The position numbers and the translations under genes were made by a program. A DNA stretch of 64,000 nucleotides from Mobula hypostoma (lineage: Eukaryota), in contig NC_086108.1 in assembly GCF_963921235.1 (NCBI RefSeq), positions 42,100,001-42,164,000 of the forward strand, read 5' to 3'. The notes under the pieces are model-generated. The model had not been told where the DNA came from. It saw only the letters and a program-made list of their open reading frames with translations, and searched no databases. The stretch's first letter is position 1. Each line of letters starts with the position of its first letter. Of the stretch, positions 24,601-39,600 are shown in pieces.

Positions 24601-27600
24601 AATTCTGTTTATATTTAGCACACAGCAAGTTCAAAATTCTGAATCTCACCAATGATCATCAGCAATGAGTGCCCCTGACAGCTGAATGTCGTGCTTGGAG
24701 TATGGCTGTTGTTTTCCCACTCTTGTCTGACCTTCTTTTATCATATACAAGAGCATCTCAGAAATCTGTGGATCTTCATTCAAATTGACCAGGTTTGGCA
24801 AACTGTTATCCACTTTAAAAGTGATTCCCGCTTTCTGCAGAAACAGCTTACTGTTAGCAAGTAAAATATTCTTCCTCTATGATCAATATGATCATTATAT
24901 GTATAGCAAAGTTTTTAAGAAATTCATTTTTCTCTGATAATTTCAAAAATATGTATTTCCTTATCAACAACTCATAATTAGCCAAAATATTTGAAAGATT
25001 TTTGAAAACTATGCCTTCAACTATGGAACATTATTACAAAGATGCAGATCTGAAGTAAGTTTTAAGATTCAGTAACTAATCCCAGACAAATCTACAGCAA
25101 AGGCAGCAATGCCTGCAATGTTTATAGAACTTGAGGGGTCATTTCATTTGGTACTTCTGCTAATATTCTCCAGTAACGTGACAGACCAAAACCCTAAACT
25201 CGCTGACTGGGCAGCTATTCAGTAATATTGCTAAAGTGCACAGAGTGCCTCCCATAAAACTACAAGAGCATCACTAATTCTGAGCGCATCAGAAAAAGGC
25301 AAAATTTTGTGCGCAGTGACAATTTAAGTAGATTTATTAGTTGCTTTGTTGGGAAAAAAAATAAATCGCACTGTATTGTGGCTTCTGGTTTTGTGTGTCC
25401 AGAACGAAACTGACCATTTTTTTCTTTCAGCACGAAATATTTAATTATTATCCTATAATATTAAAATGAAAGTGAAAGAATGAAAAAAAGCTAGCCTGCA
25501 GTTCTCTCGCTTCTTCCAGCTTTCTCTCCTCTGCTTGGTCCAATTTTTCCCTCCATTTCCTAAAAGTGGCACAATGAATATCATTTGACTACAATAAAGC
25601 TGTGGTACATTTGTCACAGAAGTGTCAATAATGTAACATGGCTTATGTCATCACTCCCTTCCCATGATTACATGAAAAAAAGCATTCAGTTCACCTGACC
25701 CCAGATATAGTCATACAATAGAGAGAATTATAAAGTTTATTAAAGCAGTGGCTAAATGATTGAAAAAGGGCAAAAAATTGAGAGAAGATAGAACCGAGAG
25801 TCAGGTAATAAACACAAAGTGCAATGAAGAATGAAGTAGAAGAGCTAGATTGCTTAAACTCTGCAAATCAGAGATAGCATGAGAGAAGGCAATGCATTAC
25901 AGTCTATAATACAATAAATACTGTATTAAGCAAGCCAAAATGAAGGGATACATTAAAATAATGGGGGGGGGGAAATGGGATGGGTAACAAGGTTTTCAGA
26001 TTAAATGTCCAAATGCACCAATAGTGAGTGGACTTTAGCAAGATTAAGACCATAAGACATAGGGGCAATATTAGGCCATTCGGCCCATTGAGTCTGCTTT
26101 GCCATTTTATCATAGTTGATCCAATTTTCCTCTCAGCCCAGTATCCTGCATTCTCCCTGTATCCCTTCATGTCCTGACCAATCAAGAATCTATCAAACTC
26201 TGCCTTAAATATACATTCAGACTTGGCCTTCACAGCTGCCTGTGGTAAAGAATTTAACAGATTTACCACTCTGTGGCTAAAGTCATACAAGTCATCCTCC
26301 TCATCTCCGTTCTAAAAGGACGTCCCTTTATCCTGAAGTTTTGTCCTCTGGTCTTAAAACTCTCCCGCCATAGGAAACATCCTCTCCACATACACTCTAT
26401 CAAGGCTTTTCACCATTCAATAGTTTTCAATGAGATCACCCCTCATTCTTTGGAATTCCAGTGAATACAGGCCCAGAGCCATCAAAAGCTCTTCATATGA
26501 CAATTCATTCAATCCTGAAATCATTTACGTGAATCTCCTTTAAACCTTCTCCGATAAGGGGCTCAAACCTGTGCACAATACTCCAAGTGAGGCCTCACCA
26601 GAAATAGGAGCAGGAGTAGGCCATCCGGCCCATCAAGCCTGCTCCGCCATTCAATAAAATCACGGCTGATCTGTCTGTAAACTCAGCTCCATCTACCTGC
26701 CTTTTCCCCTTAACCCTTAATTCCCTTACTGTGTAAAAAAACCTATCTAACTGTTTCTTAAATATATTTAGTGAGGAAGCCTTAAGTGCCTCCCTGGGCA
26801 GAGAATTCCACAGATTCACCACTCTCTGAGAAAAACAGTTTCTCCTCATCTCCGTCCTAACTCTTCTCCCCTGAATCTTGAGGCAATGTCCCCTAGTTCT
26901 AGTCTCACCTACCAATGGAAACAACTTTCCTACTTCTATCTTATCTATCCCTTTCAAAATTTGGTACGTTTCTACAAGATCCCCTCTCATTCTTCTGAAC
27001 TCGAGAGAGTATAGTCCCAGGCAACTCAATCTCTCCTCATAAGTTAACCCCTTCATCTGTGGAATCAACCTGGTGAAGTTCCTCTACACTGCCTCCAAAG
27101 CCAGTATATCCTTCCTCAAGTATGGAGACCAGAAGTGCACACAGTACTCCGGGTGCGGCCTCACCAGTACCCTGTATAGTTGCAGCATGACCTCCCTGCT
27201 CTTGAATTCAAGCCCTCTAGCAATGAAGGCCAACATTCTGTTTGCCTTCTTAATAACCTGTTGTACCTGCAAGCTAACTTTTTGTGATTCATGCACAAGC
27301 ACTCCCAAGTCCCTCTGCACAACAGCATGCTGCAATCCTTCACCATTTAAATAATAATCAGCTCTTCTATTATTCCTTCCAAAGTGGATGATCTCCCATT
27401 TACCAATGTTGTATTCCACCTACCAGACCTTGACTCACTCACTCAACCTATCTATATCCCTCTGCAGACTCTCCACATCCTCTGCACAATTTGCTTTTCC
27501 ACTCAGTTTAGTGTCAAAAGCAAATTTTGCTACACTACACTCAGTCCCCTCTTCCAAATCATCAAAGTAAATGGTAAACAGATGCGGGCCCAGCACCAAC

Positions 27601-30600
27601 CCCTGCGGCACCCCACTCACCACAGACTGCCAACTGGAGAAACACCCATTTATTCCAACTCTCTGCCTTCTATCGGTTAACCAATCCACTATCCATGCCA
27701 ATACACTTCCTCCGACTCCGTGCATCCGTATCTTATTTATAAGTCTCTTGTGCAGCACCTTATCGAACGTCTTCTGGAAATCCAAGTATACAACATCCAC
27801 CTGTTCCCCTCTATCCACTGCATTCATTATGTCCTCAAAGAACTCCAGTTAGTTTGTCAAACAGGACCTGCCCTTTCTGAATCCATGCTGCATCTGTCTA
27901 ATGGAACCACTCCTTTCTAAATGTTTCGTTATTTAGACAATAGACAATAGGTGGAGGGGTAGGCCATTCGGCCCTTCAAGCCAGCACCACCATTCACTGT
28001 GATCATGGCTGATCATCCACAATCAGTATCCAGTTCCTGCCTTATCCCCATAACTTTTGATTCCGCTATCTTTAAGAGCTCTATCCATCTCTTTCTTGAA
28101 AGCATCCAGAGACTTGGCCTCCACAGCTTTCTGGGGCAGAGCATTCTCTGGGTGAAAGAGTTTTTCCTCAACTCCGTTCTAAATGGCCTACCCCTTATTC
28201 TTAAACTGTGGCCTCTGGTTCTGGACTCACCCATCAGCGGGAACATGCTTCCTGCCTCCAGCGTGTCCAATCCCTTAATAATCTTATATGTTTCAATAAG
28301 ATCCCCTCTCAGCCTTCTAAATTCCACAGTATACAAGCCTAGTCGCTCCAATCTTTCAACATATGACAGTCCCGCCATCCCAGGAATTAACCTTGTGAAC
28401 CTACACTGCAGTCCCTCAATAGCAAGAATGTCCTTCCTCAAATTTGGAGACCAAAACTGCACACAGTACTCCAGGTGTGGTCTCTTCCTTAATGACAGCT
28501 TCAAGCATTTTCCCGACTACAGATGTTAAGCTAGCTGGCCTATAGTTGCCCATCTTTTGCCTACATCCTTTTTTAAAAAGTGGTGTGACATTTGCTGTCT
28601 TCCAATCTGCCAGGACCTGTCCAAAGTCTAGAGAGTTTTGATAAATGATTACCAACTCGTCTACTATAACCTCTGCCAATTCCTTCAACACCCTGGGATG
28701 CATCCCATCAGGACCAGGGGACTTATCTACCTTCAGGCCCACCAGTTTGCTCATCACTATCTCTTTAGTGACAGTGGATTTTATCAAGGTCCTCACCTCC
28801 CATTTCGTCCATAACATCCTTCTTTGGCATATTAGACATGTCCTCCACCGTGAAGACCGACCCAAAATAGTCATTCAATGCCTCAGCCATTTCCTTATCA
28901 CCCAATATTAATTTCCCCTTATCGTCTTCCAAGGGATCTATGTTGACTTTAGCCACCCTCTTCTGCTTTATATATTTGCTGTTTTTATATTTTGTGCTAA
29001 TTTACTTTCATACTCTATCTTCCCTTTCCTTATTTCTTGTTTAGTTGTTCTCTGTTGCTTTTTAAAGCTTTCCCAATCCTCCAGTCTCCCACTACTCTTT
29101 ATGACTTTGTACACACAAGCTTTTAATTTGATACTATCTTTTATTTCCTCAGTTATCCAAGGCTGGTTCTCCCCACACTTACTGCTTTGACTGGAATATA
29201 CTTCTGTTGAGCACTGTGAAAAATTTCTTTGAAAGTATTCCATTGTTCCTCAACTGTCCTACCAAATAGCCTGTGCTCCCAATCTACATTAGCCAACTCC
29301 CTACTCATCCTGTTGTAGTCTCCCCTGTTCAAGCATAATACACTAGTTTTAGACCCAACTATTTCATCCTCCATCTGAATGCAAGATTCAATCATACTAT
29401 GATCACTCTTTCCAAGAGGATCCCCGACTACAAGATCGTTAATCTTACCTGTCTCATTGCACAGGACTAGATCTAAGATAGTACTTTCCCTTGTATGTTC
29501 ACTAACATGCTGCTCAAGAAAGCCATCACGGATGCATTCTATGAAGTCCTCCTCAAGACTTCCCTGACCAACCTGGTTCACCCAATCTATGTGGAAGTTA
29601 AAATCCCCCATGACAACTGCCGTTCCGTTCTTACAAGCCTCAGTTATTTCTTTGTTAATCACCTCTGCCACTACAATATTTTTATTAGGTAGCCTATAGA
29701 CAGCACCCACCAGTGATTTTTTCCCTTTACTATTCTTAATCTCTACCCAGATGGACTCAAAACTCTGCTCCGTAGATCTTATATCGTCTCTCACAATCGC
29801 CCTGATCTCATCCCTAATCAAGAGCGCCACTCCACCTCCTCTGCCTTCCTGCCTATCTTTCCGTATTACCTGATACCCTTGGATATTTAATTCCCAGTCG
29901 TCTCCACCTTGCAACCAGGTTTCTGTAATGGCCACTAAATCATACACTTCCTAAAATTGTATTCCATCTGCCATTTCTTTGCCCATTCTCCTAATCTGTA
30001 TACAGCTTTCTGTAGCCTCTCTACTTCCTCAATACCACCTGCCCCGCCACCTATCTTCATATCATCTCCAAACTTTTCAACAAAGACATCAATTCCATCA
30101 TCCAAATCATTGATATATACTGTAAAAAGAATTGGTTCCAACACAGACCCCGATGGACCATTACTAGGCCCCGCAGCCAGCCAGAAAAGGCTCCTTTTAT
30201 TCCCACTCTTTGCCTCTTGCCAATCAGTAACTGCTTTATCCTTGCTAGAATCTTTCCTGTAATACCATGGACTCGTAGCCTGTTAAGAAGCCTCATGTGC
30301 GGCACCCTGTCAAAGGCCTTTTGAAAATCCAAGGGACAATAACAGCAACCGATTCTCCTTTGTCTATGCTGCTTGTTATTTCTTCAAACTCAAATTCTCT
30401 CTCATCATTTATCTCTCTTGCGCTTCAAATTCATCACCTTACCTATGTGCCTCTGCAATTTCTCTCTCCTGTTGATGAAGCTTCAATTTTAAGGCCTCAA
30501 TTTCTCGTTGGGATGATTTATATTTCTCAGACTGAATTCCTTGGCTACTCATCTGAGCAGCTTTCAACTTTTCAATCTCTAATTTCAGCTCTGGTTCAGC

Positions 30601-33600
30601 AAGAAATTAAAGGAAAGAAGTTTGAATCAGTTTCAACAACTTATCTTGCTTATTTGTCAAATTACAACAAATATAACAAAAACAAAATAAGTTTTAATGT
30701 TTAAGTAGGAATAAATACAATAATAAATTTCACTTAAACTTTCGTGAAGTAAATCATGACATATCGAACAAAATGATACAAACAAAAACAAACACACAGC
30801 TCCACTTGCTGGACAGTTGAGGAGTTGACTGTTTCCCTTCATATCAAGTAAAGCTCTCATCAAACTGCAAGCTTGTGAAACTGCACTGTTTAAAAAGTGG
30901 GTTCAAAGCCAATTTCAATTGCTGCAAACAATTTTCACAATCAATTTTTATTTCAGATTGAAGTTACCTATCTTCTCTCCTTTCCATATTGTAGGTTAAA
31001 CAAAACATGCAAATGTTAAATTCCACAGAGTAGCATTCAGGCTTAAACAACCTTACTGTCCTTGGTCCGATTGATCATATAGTAGGGTTACACAAAATTG
31101 AGGGCCAAAGGAGCTGAACTGTGCTGTATTTTTCCATGTTCTATTATTGTGATTAGCAAGTGGCATCAAGCGTAATACACAGCTCCCAAGTACACACACA
31201 TTAGCTACAAAACTGAAAAGCAGTGTATATTTTAAACTCCAACACAAGCTCGGGAAGAGAATTTATAGTGTTAAATTCTAATGGCCAATGACTTAAAGTT
31301 GTATATAAAAATGAAGTTACAGTGCATTCACCCTCCTCCTAAGTTTTATATTTGAGAATGGGCTAGAATTAAATTAAAAATTATTGGTCATAATACAGGG
31401 TTTCGACCAGAAACATGAATAATTCCTTTCCTCCTATGGATGTTGTTTGATCCTGAGTTGCTCCAGCAGATTGTTTGTTGCCAAAGTTACTAAGTTAATT
31501 TTTCAAAGATTTTGAACTGCATTTTTAATAACAAGCTCATATCAATTTTAAAAAGTTAAACATTAATAGATTGGAAAGCAAAGCACATACTGTACAAGTT
31601 CATTTGAATAAGAAACATCAGCTAACCTCTAATTAATTTTGCACTTGAGTCCTCGTTCACTTTTGCAACATTGATAATTTGACGAGCTTGCTTGGCATAT
31701 CTAAGTGTACTTAGAGTTTCCTCCACATTAGAGGCAGAAGGGCTGATAGTAGCTATCATAGCTGTTTTTGAATTGCCACCAAGACTGTCCTTCAGTAACC
31801 TGCAGCATATTAAGGTCATAAAGAAAACTAGTATTCCAAATGAAAACACATATAGAAAATACTAGCTACAGAGAATGGTAAAATATTGCCATGCACAATC
31901 TTCAATAATCACTTCAATGCTAGTTTATAATGCATCTTCATTTCACCATTTTAAACAAAGAATTCACCCTTTTACAAAAAAAAATTTCCAAGATTAAAAT
32001 CATATCAATAAAACCAAAAAATTAAATGCTATGGGCCACAAAAATGCCTTCAATATTCATTGTCAGTAATATACTATGATTTATACTCACCATGTTAGAA
32101 CAGATTCCCGATAAGGGATAAAAACTTTCTTCTTAGACTGAAAGTGTTCCGAAAGTGCTGAAATAACCTTTCCCAGTGTGAAGAGAGACTTATTTATGCT
32201 CACACCCTCCTGTAATAAAGATGAGATTTTTGTTTTTTTCACACTGAAGGGCTAAATGGTCTAAGTGTCAGATGCAAAGCATCAGAAAATTGCACTTTTC
32301 CCTCTGGCAGGGGTCATCATGCCAGAGACCTATAGCAAAAAAAAATAGGCCCCTCACCACAACTGATCCAAGCCAAACAAATGGCCATCCAAGCAGATCT
32401 TACTCACCCATGTTTGATCTCCTACACCTTTGTTATTCATGTACCTATTGTACCTGCCTCAACTTGGGAAGGTGGGAGAAAGAGAATATATGTATGAATA
32501 AGTGGATCAGATCTAGCGAAATTAAAGAAATAGGAGAACATTTCACAAGAAAGACAAATTCAATACTTTGTGGCAATACAGCTGATCCAGGTGAGAGACC
32601 ACAGGGGAATTGCATCACCAGTGCTATGACAGTACAGATAGCTATTGGAAAGACCACAACATACTTGTTCAGTTATCTCCATCAGCATGGACTCAAACAA
32701 CCAAGGTAATAGCAAGATTGCCACAAGAAAATCAGCACTGAAATGTCTCAAGGACCCCCATCAGCATAGCTCTTTCAAAACAGCAACTCACAGATAGCCT
32801 GATGACTCATAAACAAGAAGTGGCAAAGTATCCAAAGGGCCTGGATTGCTGAGTCCACCATAATTAGATCTGTGTACGGATTCTTGACCTTTCCATTAGT
32901 AAACATTAGAACTAGTTTTACAAGATTTACCATGAGAAGTAGGAATCAATTAACCAAAAATCCAAGGTTCCAAGATTACAAGCTCTATCATGTTGTTTCT
33001 GAAAAGAAACACTTCTATTGGTACCTGAAGACTGACATCCAACAGGAAAACAATCAAAAAGAAACAGATGAGGCAGGAGGATCAGCAAATCAAAAAGCTT
33101 CCACAACAAGCACTAAAAAGGATCCAAGGATCCTACCAACTGAGAACCAAAAACAAAGATGAGTATATAAAGAACAAACAGCCCCTCAACATTCACTGGA
33201 AGGAATATGCAGAAAAACAGCATCAACTCTGACTCTGCCTCTGACATGAACACACTGTCACTATTCCACAGCAAATCATCTTATTCACCCTGACCAACAA
33301 CTTGAAAAGTCCACATACTGTACAAACAAAAATAATCAATAAGAACTTTGGAGCTGAAGATCTAAAATTTGGAAAAGAACTTCAGTCACAGATGTACAAC
33401 TTTGTTTCCTCCATCTGAAAAAGGTACAAATCATGGTAATTCAGAACCAGCAATTACTGCCAGCATTTGAGAAAGGAGACAATTTGACTGAAGCAAAAAC
33501 ATGCATGCCACAGAGAGAGTTATTACTGGGGTCTTTTTCAACTTCCTTTCTCGGCAGGAAAATAGCTACCTCTCTTTGGTAATGTGGACTCTGCCCATCA

Positions 33601-36600
33601 AATGGCCGAGCAGATATGAACTCAAAGAGGAATACAAGGAGCTGCATCAACTACCAGACATGGCTTTTTTGACCTCACAAAAGCTTTAGACGACACTAAT
33701 CAAGAAAGAATTTGCAGCACCTTTATCAAGTTTACCTCCCTACAAAATTGTTCGGTACTTTTCTCCATCTCGTTAATCATAATTTTGTCTCTGAAGCCAA
33801 GTTAATCTAAACGACATGAGAAAGAGCTTAATATATATCTTTTCATGTCCGGAATAAGACCACCGCATTTCTGTCAGTGGTGCAGTACAAAGACAATGGC
33901 TGTATATCCACATGTTCAGATGTGAAGCTTCAAATCATCACCGACTCATTCTCTGGAATACACAAAAAAATGGCCTTGCAGTCAGCACGTGCAAAAGAAA
34001 GGTCCACTCTGTTTCACTCCACAACAACATCCTGTGACCAGCAAGATCCACAATGAGTAACAGTACACTGTGGACACTTCCAACAGTCACCTCAAAATAA
34101 AAGCTTCATATTCAATTCATCAACACAGCCTTTGGTTTTTGGAGAAAAAGTGTTTGTAGATTGAGACTTCAAACCTGGAATGGTTCATGATCTCTGCTTT
34201 CCTGTAAATTTCTGAGATAGAGACTATCCACAGCAAGCATCCGAAAGCATTGTCAAGATACCACCAACGTTGTCTCTAAAAGTCCTACAAATACACCGAC
34301 AAAAGTGAACCAATCTTGGCATTCTTTCACAGAATAACACTCTCCCTAGATTTCAAAGCACCCATTCAAATCATTGAGAAAAATGATTTGGATCAAATCA
34401 ATCCATGTTCTCCCATCAAAACTGTTTCCAGCAAAGACAAAAATTAATTGAGTTATAGGTAACACAGGCATTTTTACCTAGCCGTCATTGCCTTCTAGAA
34501 AGTGAACTTTTAAGAACCGTTGGAACTCATGTAACACAAATGCTTTCAGAAAAGTGTCATTCTCAGAAGTCACTGAAGTGACACTGAAGGATAGCCAATA
34601 CAATTCTCAATTAGGACAACAAGAGGCCAAGTGGCAATTCTTGGTTAGGAGGGGGCAGATATTTTGGGAAAAATACAACTTAAAAGGAATGCTCCAAATA
34701 GAATAAAAACTAGCAAATGTTACAGACAGGCAACAATCAAACAAAATAGACATGTTGCCATGTGTTTATACCCACAGATTTCAATCCAAGTCACATTGCA
34801 AACAGAGAGTATTGAAAGGCATGAGTAATCTTCAAAAGGCAATTTGAACAGTGCAATGTTCAAAAACTGAATGGTGATGAACAAATAATGTTAAATGAAA
34901 GAGGCTTAAGACAAATAGCAGAGGAATATGTTATTTTAGGTATAAGGCTGTGGAATACTAAAGAAAAAACATTGGTATTATATTGCACTTTTCAAGACTT
35001 CAGGTTATCCAAAAATGATCTCTGGATTCTTTGCAATAAAAAGTGCGGACACCATTCTATCATAAGAAATATGTGTATGACTTGCCTGCCAATCAGATTC
35101 CACAATAGCATAATGGCAAGAAAAGATTTTAGAAATAATGGTCAACAACAATAATATGCAACTTTTATTTAAATCATGTCATACAATGTTTCATGTCCCA
35201 AGTGAGTAGAAAGGGTCATGGTTTAATACCTCAACAAAATATACTCACTCCATTAAGCATTCTCTCAGCACTGTTTCAAAATGCCAGCCTAGACATTTGT
35301 ACCGTATATTCCGATGTATAAGCCAACCCAGAGTATAAACCGACCCCCCATTTTCAAGATTAAAGGAGTGAGTTTTTCATGTTACCTTTGTATAAGCCGA
35401 CCCCCTTCTGTAGAGATTTTTGATTTAGCCAGAAAAGATCACAAGATCTCACATGTCAGTACTCAGCTTTGCTGAATCCGGAACCTGGATATTTTGTGAA
35501 CCAATACCTGCTAAGAAAACAGGCCTACACATTGTAGAGCATTATAAGCGAATTCTTAATAAATAAATCAGGGAGAGAAATTTTGGATTAGGTCTCCAAT
35601 GGTAAAGAATCCTCTGGAACGTAATCCCCATGAAACCATTTAGCGCCCATCGTAATCTCGCTAAAACATAACACAGGGTGGTGGGATCAGTACGTGTACT
35701 CAGTATTGAATTTGCGACCACCATGTACAAAAGATTAAAACAAATGCGATATGATGGCTGGAAGATGGCAGATGGAGTTTAATGCTGAAAAATGTGAGGT
35801 GCTACATTTTGGTAGGACTAATCAAAATAGGACATACATGGTAAATGGTAGGGCATTGAAGAATGCTGTAGAACAGAGGAATCTAGGAATAATGGTGCAT
35901 AGTTCCCTGAAGGTGGAATCTCATGTGGATAGGGTGGTGAAGAAAGCTTTTGGTATGTTGGCCTTTATTAATCACAGCAATGAGTATAGGAGTTGGGATG
36001 TAATGTTGAAATTGTATAAGGCATTAGTACAGCCAAATTTGGAGTATTGTGTACAGTTCTGGTCACCGAATTATAGGAAAGGTGTCAATAAAATTGAGAG
36101 AGTACAGAGGAGGTTTACTAAAATGTTGCCTAGGTTTCATCTCCTAAGTTACAGAGAAAGGTTGAACAAGTTAGGTCTTTATTCTTTGGAGCGTAGAAGG
36201 TTGAGGGGGGACTTGATAGAGGTGTTTAAAATTATGAGGGAGATTGATAGAGTTGACATAGATAGGCTTTTTCCATTGAGAGTGGGGAAAATTCAAACAA
36301 GAGGACATGACTTCAGAGTTAAAGGACAAAAGTGTAGGGGTAACATGAGGGGGATCTTCTTTACTCAGAGTGGTAGCTGTGTGGAATGAGCTTCCAGCAG
36401 AAGTGGTTGAGGCAGGTACGATGTTGTCGATTAAAGTTAAATTGGATAGCTATATGGACAGGAAAGGAATGGAGGGTTATGGGCTGAGTGCAGGTCGGTG
36501 GGACTAGGTGAGAGTAAGAGCTCGGCACGGACTAGAAGGGCCGAGATGGCCTGTTTCCATGCTGTAATTGTTATATGGTTATATGATGCTGGCTTCAGGC

Positions 36601-39600
36601 TGAAGGTTGTTGATTTTGCTAAAGGAACGAATAATTCTGCAGCTGCTAAGAAGTTCAGTGTAAACGAGAAACAAGTGAGAGAGTGGAGAAAGGCAGAGGA
36701 CATGCTGAGGGAAATGCCAAAGACGAAATGTGCAAACCGCGAGAAAACAAGAAAGTTTTAGAGTGGGTGAATCACGAGCAATCCTCTGGATACATTATTA
36801 CCAGAGAAATGATTCGAGTTCAAGCGTTGAAATGGGATGAAAAACACCGTGAGGTCAGCGAAAATTTCAAAGCTACGCGAAGTTGGTGCACCCAATTTAT
36901 GAATAGACGTGATCTTGTGTTGAGGCAAAAAACAAAGATTGCTCAGAAAACTCCCGCAGGGTGTTGTTGTTTACCTACAAAAAGTTGCTAGATGGACGAA
37001 GCGGGTTGCTTGAAGTGGGTTAAAGAGGTGTGGCGTCAACGTCCAGAAGGTTTCGGGAAGGAAAAGTCGCTACTTGTCTGGGACATGTTCAAAGTGCACT
37101 TGTCAGGTAAGACTGATAGAGTGAGTTTTTTGGGTAGATGATTTGTTAACACTTAAATGACTTTGGACACCAGACTTCTATTTTAACTGTTTGACAATGC
37201 GCTTCCTAAAAAGGTGTGAATAGCAGATGCTTGCCATAGTTTGACCTGATGCTGTAGTTTCGAAGAAGGTATTATCTATACATTATAAATATCAATTGTC
37301 TCCTATGTTAGCACGGGAAATGCCAAATAAACGCATCGTAGACTTAACTTACATTCCTAAAGGCTGTGGATACCAACCCAAACATGCTGGCGTCAGAAGG
37401 AAAGGATGGTGTAATATTTTGTATGTAGCTTCAATAGGAAGCATTGTCTATAACTTTTTAGGTAGCGATTGCCTTTGTGTTTAGCATATAAATATCAAGC
37501 CCACATTGAGCTAACAGACCTTTCTGCGGAAAGCGTCTCCGTCCATAAGATGCCTGCTGTACCTTGTTGTGTTGAATAAAGAAGCTGCTTTGTATCTACC
37601 AGTGACTCTGTCTCTCCGGTGATTACATCCACGCTACAACAGAGACAAAAGCAGCATTGAAAGCTGAAAATACGGACATTGCAGTCATCCCCAGTGGTTT
37701 GATGTCCATGATCCAGCCACTAGATGTGAGTTTAAACAAACCATTCAAAGAATTTGTGCATCAACAATGGAACGAATTTGACTCAAAAACAGCCAATAAA
37801 TACAACCTGTCTTCCGTGTATTCGTTTTTCCAAAGTTGGCACCCTCTGTATAAGCCGACTCCCTAATTTTAGGACCAAAATTTAGGGCCAAATTCTCGGC
37901 TTATACACCGGAATTTACGGTATTCCTGACTCAGGAAAGGGAATAGCACCAGCAACTTCAGATTCCAAGGCAAGGTGGCCATCATAAAACCTGGGCTGAC
38001 ACCCTAGACAAAATTAGTGACTAAAGCAAAGGACAGGTTGATTTTGCAGGTTAGATAAGATCATCTTGAAACAAAGATATTTAAAGGATATTCGATGGAA
38101 TGGCATTTGGGAAAGTAGCCATGTGATTAACACCTCTTGGGGTGGTTGAGTCAAATTACCAGTGTCAGCAATGTAATTCTAGACACAGCTTTAAGTTCTG
38201 ACAAACGTTACTCCTGAATAGAAAGAACAGTAGGAGCAGAATTTATAAGAAATGATGGTGGTAACAGGGAATTGTTCAGGCAAGCAACAACCTTACCACA
38301 GTTATAGAAAACAGAACAAGAAAATGTTTACCTTAAGCCTATCGCCACTAGTCTGAGATGTAAAACAACGTTCACTTCCTGCAAGATCCACCAAGTTTAC
38401 TCTGCTTGTTACACAATGCTCGTGTTCCTGCCCATCTACAAATTCAGTCTGCAGGAAGAAAAAAAATAAAACTTGAAAAATACATAAATAGGTAGAATAG
38501 TTTTTTTATTACAAACACTCATTTTGAAATTATGTTCACTGGCCTTTCATATTTACACATAGATATCAGATTCTTGCCATTTATTACTCATTGTGATGCA
38601 TCTGTCCTAGTTGAACTTGCACATCTGAAGAATACCTGTTATCAGCTGTAGATAAAATACATTTCATTTCATTTTGTCAATGTTAATTAATCATTAGGAT
38701 ATGTACAAAGGTTTGAAGCATCTTACAAGAAGTATGCCGGAGTGCTTCAGAATGATACGGCACCTAGGAGCAAGAATGGACAGCGCATATCTAAACAAAT
38801 AAAAAGAATCATATTCTAATGCTGCAGTTCATGAACACCAAAAAAATAGATAAATTACTCACATTCTGGACAATTTAAAAAATGGAAAATTTGCCCTTCA
38901 AGTTATGATTTATTACTAAATGAAGACTTTATAAGTTTTGATCCTCTGTGCTCCTCCATTTATACCTGGATAACATTTAAACCTGTACTGAAACCATTTC
39001 TTCCAAATTTGGTTAAGCATTAATATTTGATAACTTTTTTCCAAAATGGAAACCACAAATATTAACACATGAAATAACATACCTGGGGAAATAGTATTCA
39101 GATTATATAACACAAAAAGTGCCAATTAGTAGTCAAGATCTATTATAATTCTAGGACCATTAGTTATTGTCTTGTTTATTTTCAGATAATTCAATGGTCA
39201 CTCTACTACAGCATCAGGCATTCTTTTTGATCAGTAGGATACAGTTATTATCAATCCTGCCCTGGCCTTGGCCCTGGCCCACATCCTTAAACTCATGAAG
39301 TAGACTAAAACTGGTGAACCCAATTACAAAAATAATGAAAATATAACTTAAATATAATTGGAAAAGTCTTCTTAAAAATGCGGTTATATTGGATAAATCT
39401 AAATGAACTGACAATGTACCTTGGTCTGTGTCATGATGAGTGTGAAGACTGAGTGAGACCTGGAACTCTTTTCATTCATGCCTGTGGCTGCAGTGGCCCT
39501 TTGTTTGTTCCCCAATTCTAGCCATCCCTAATAAAGAAAGATTTTAAAATATAAGGCACCTTCAATAACTGGTTGTTACAAGTCAGAACAAATTAGGAAA

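Larger units (their letters stand above)
35302..37920 (+). mobile_element. pogo-family (POGK/Brinker-domain type) DNA transposon, internally deleted, with two nested insertions
   Basis: TA duplication; TIRs ccgtatattccgatgtataagcc / ggcttatacaccggaatttacgg; [51 protein letters not shown]-type [27 protein letters not shown] and [21 protein letters not shown]. Confidence 0.9.
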
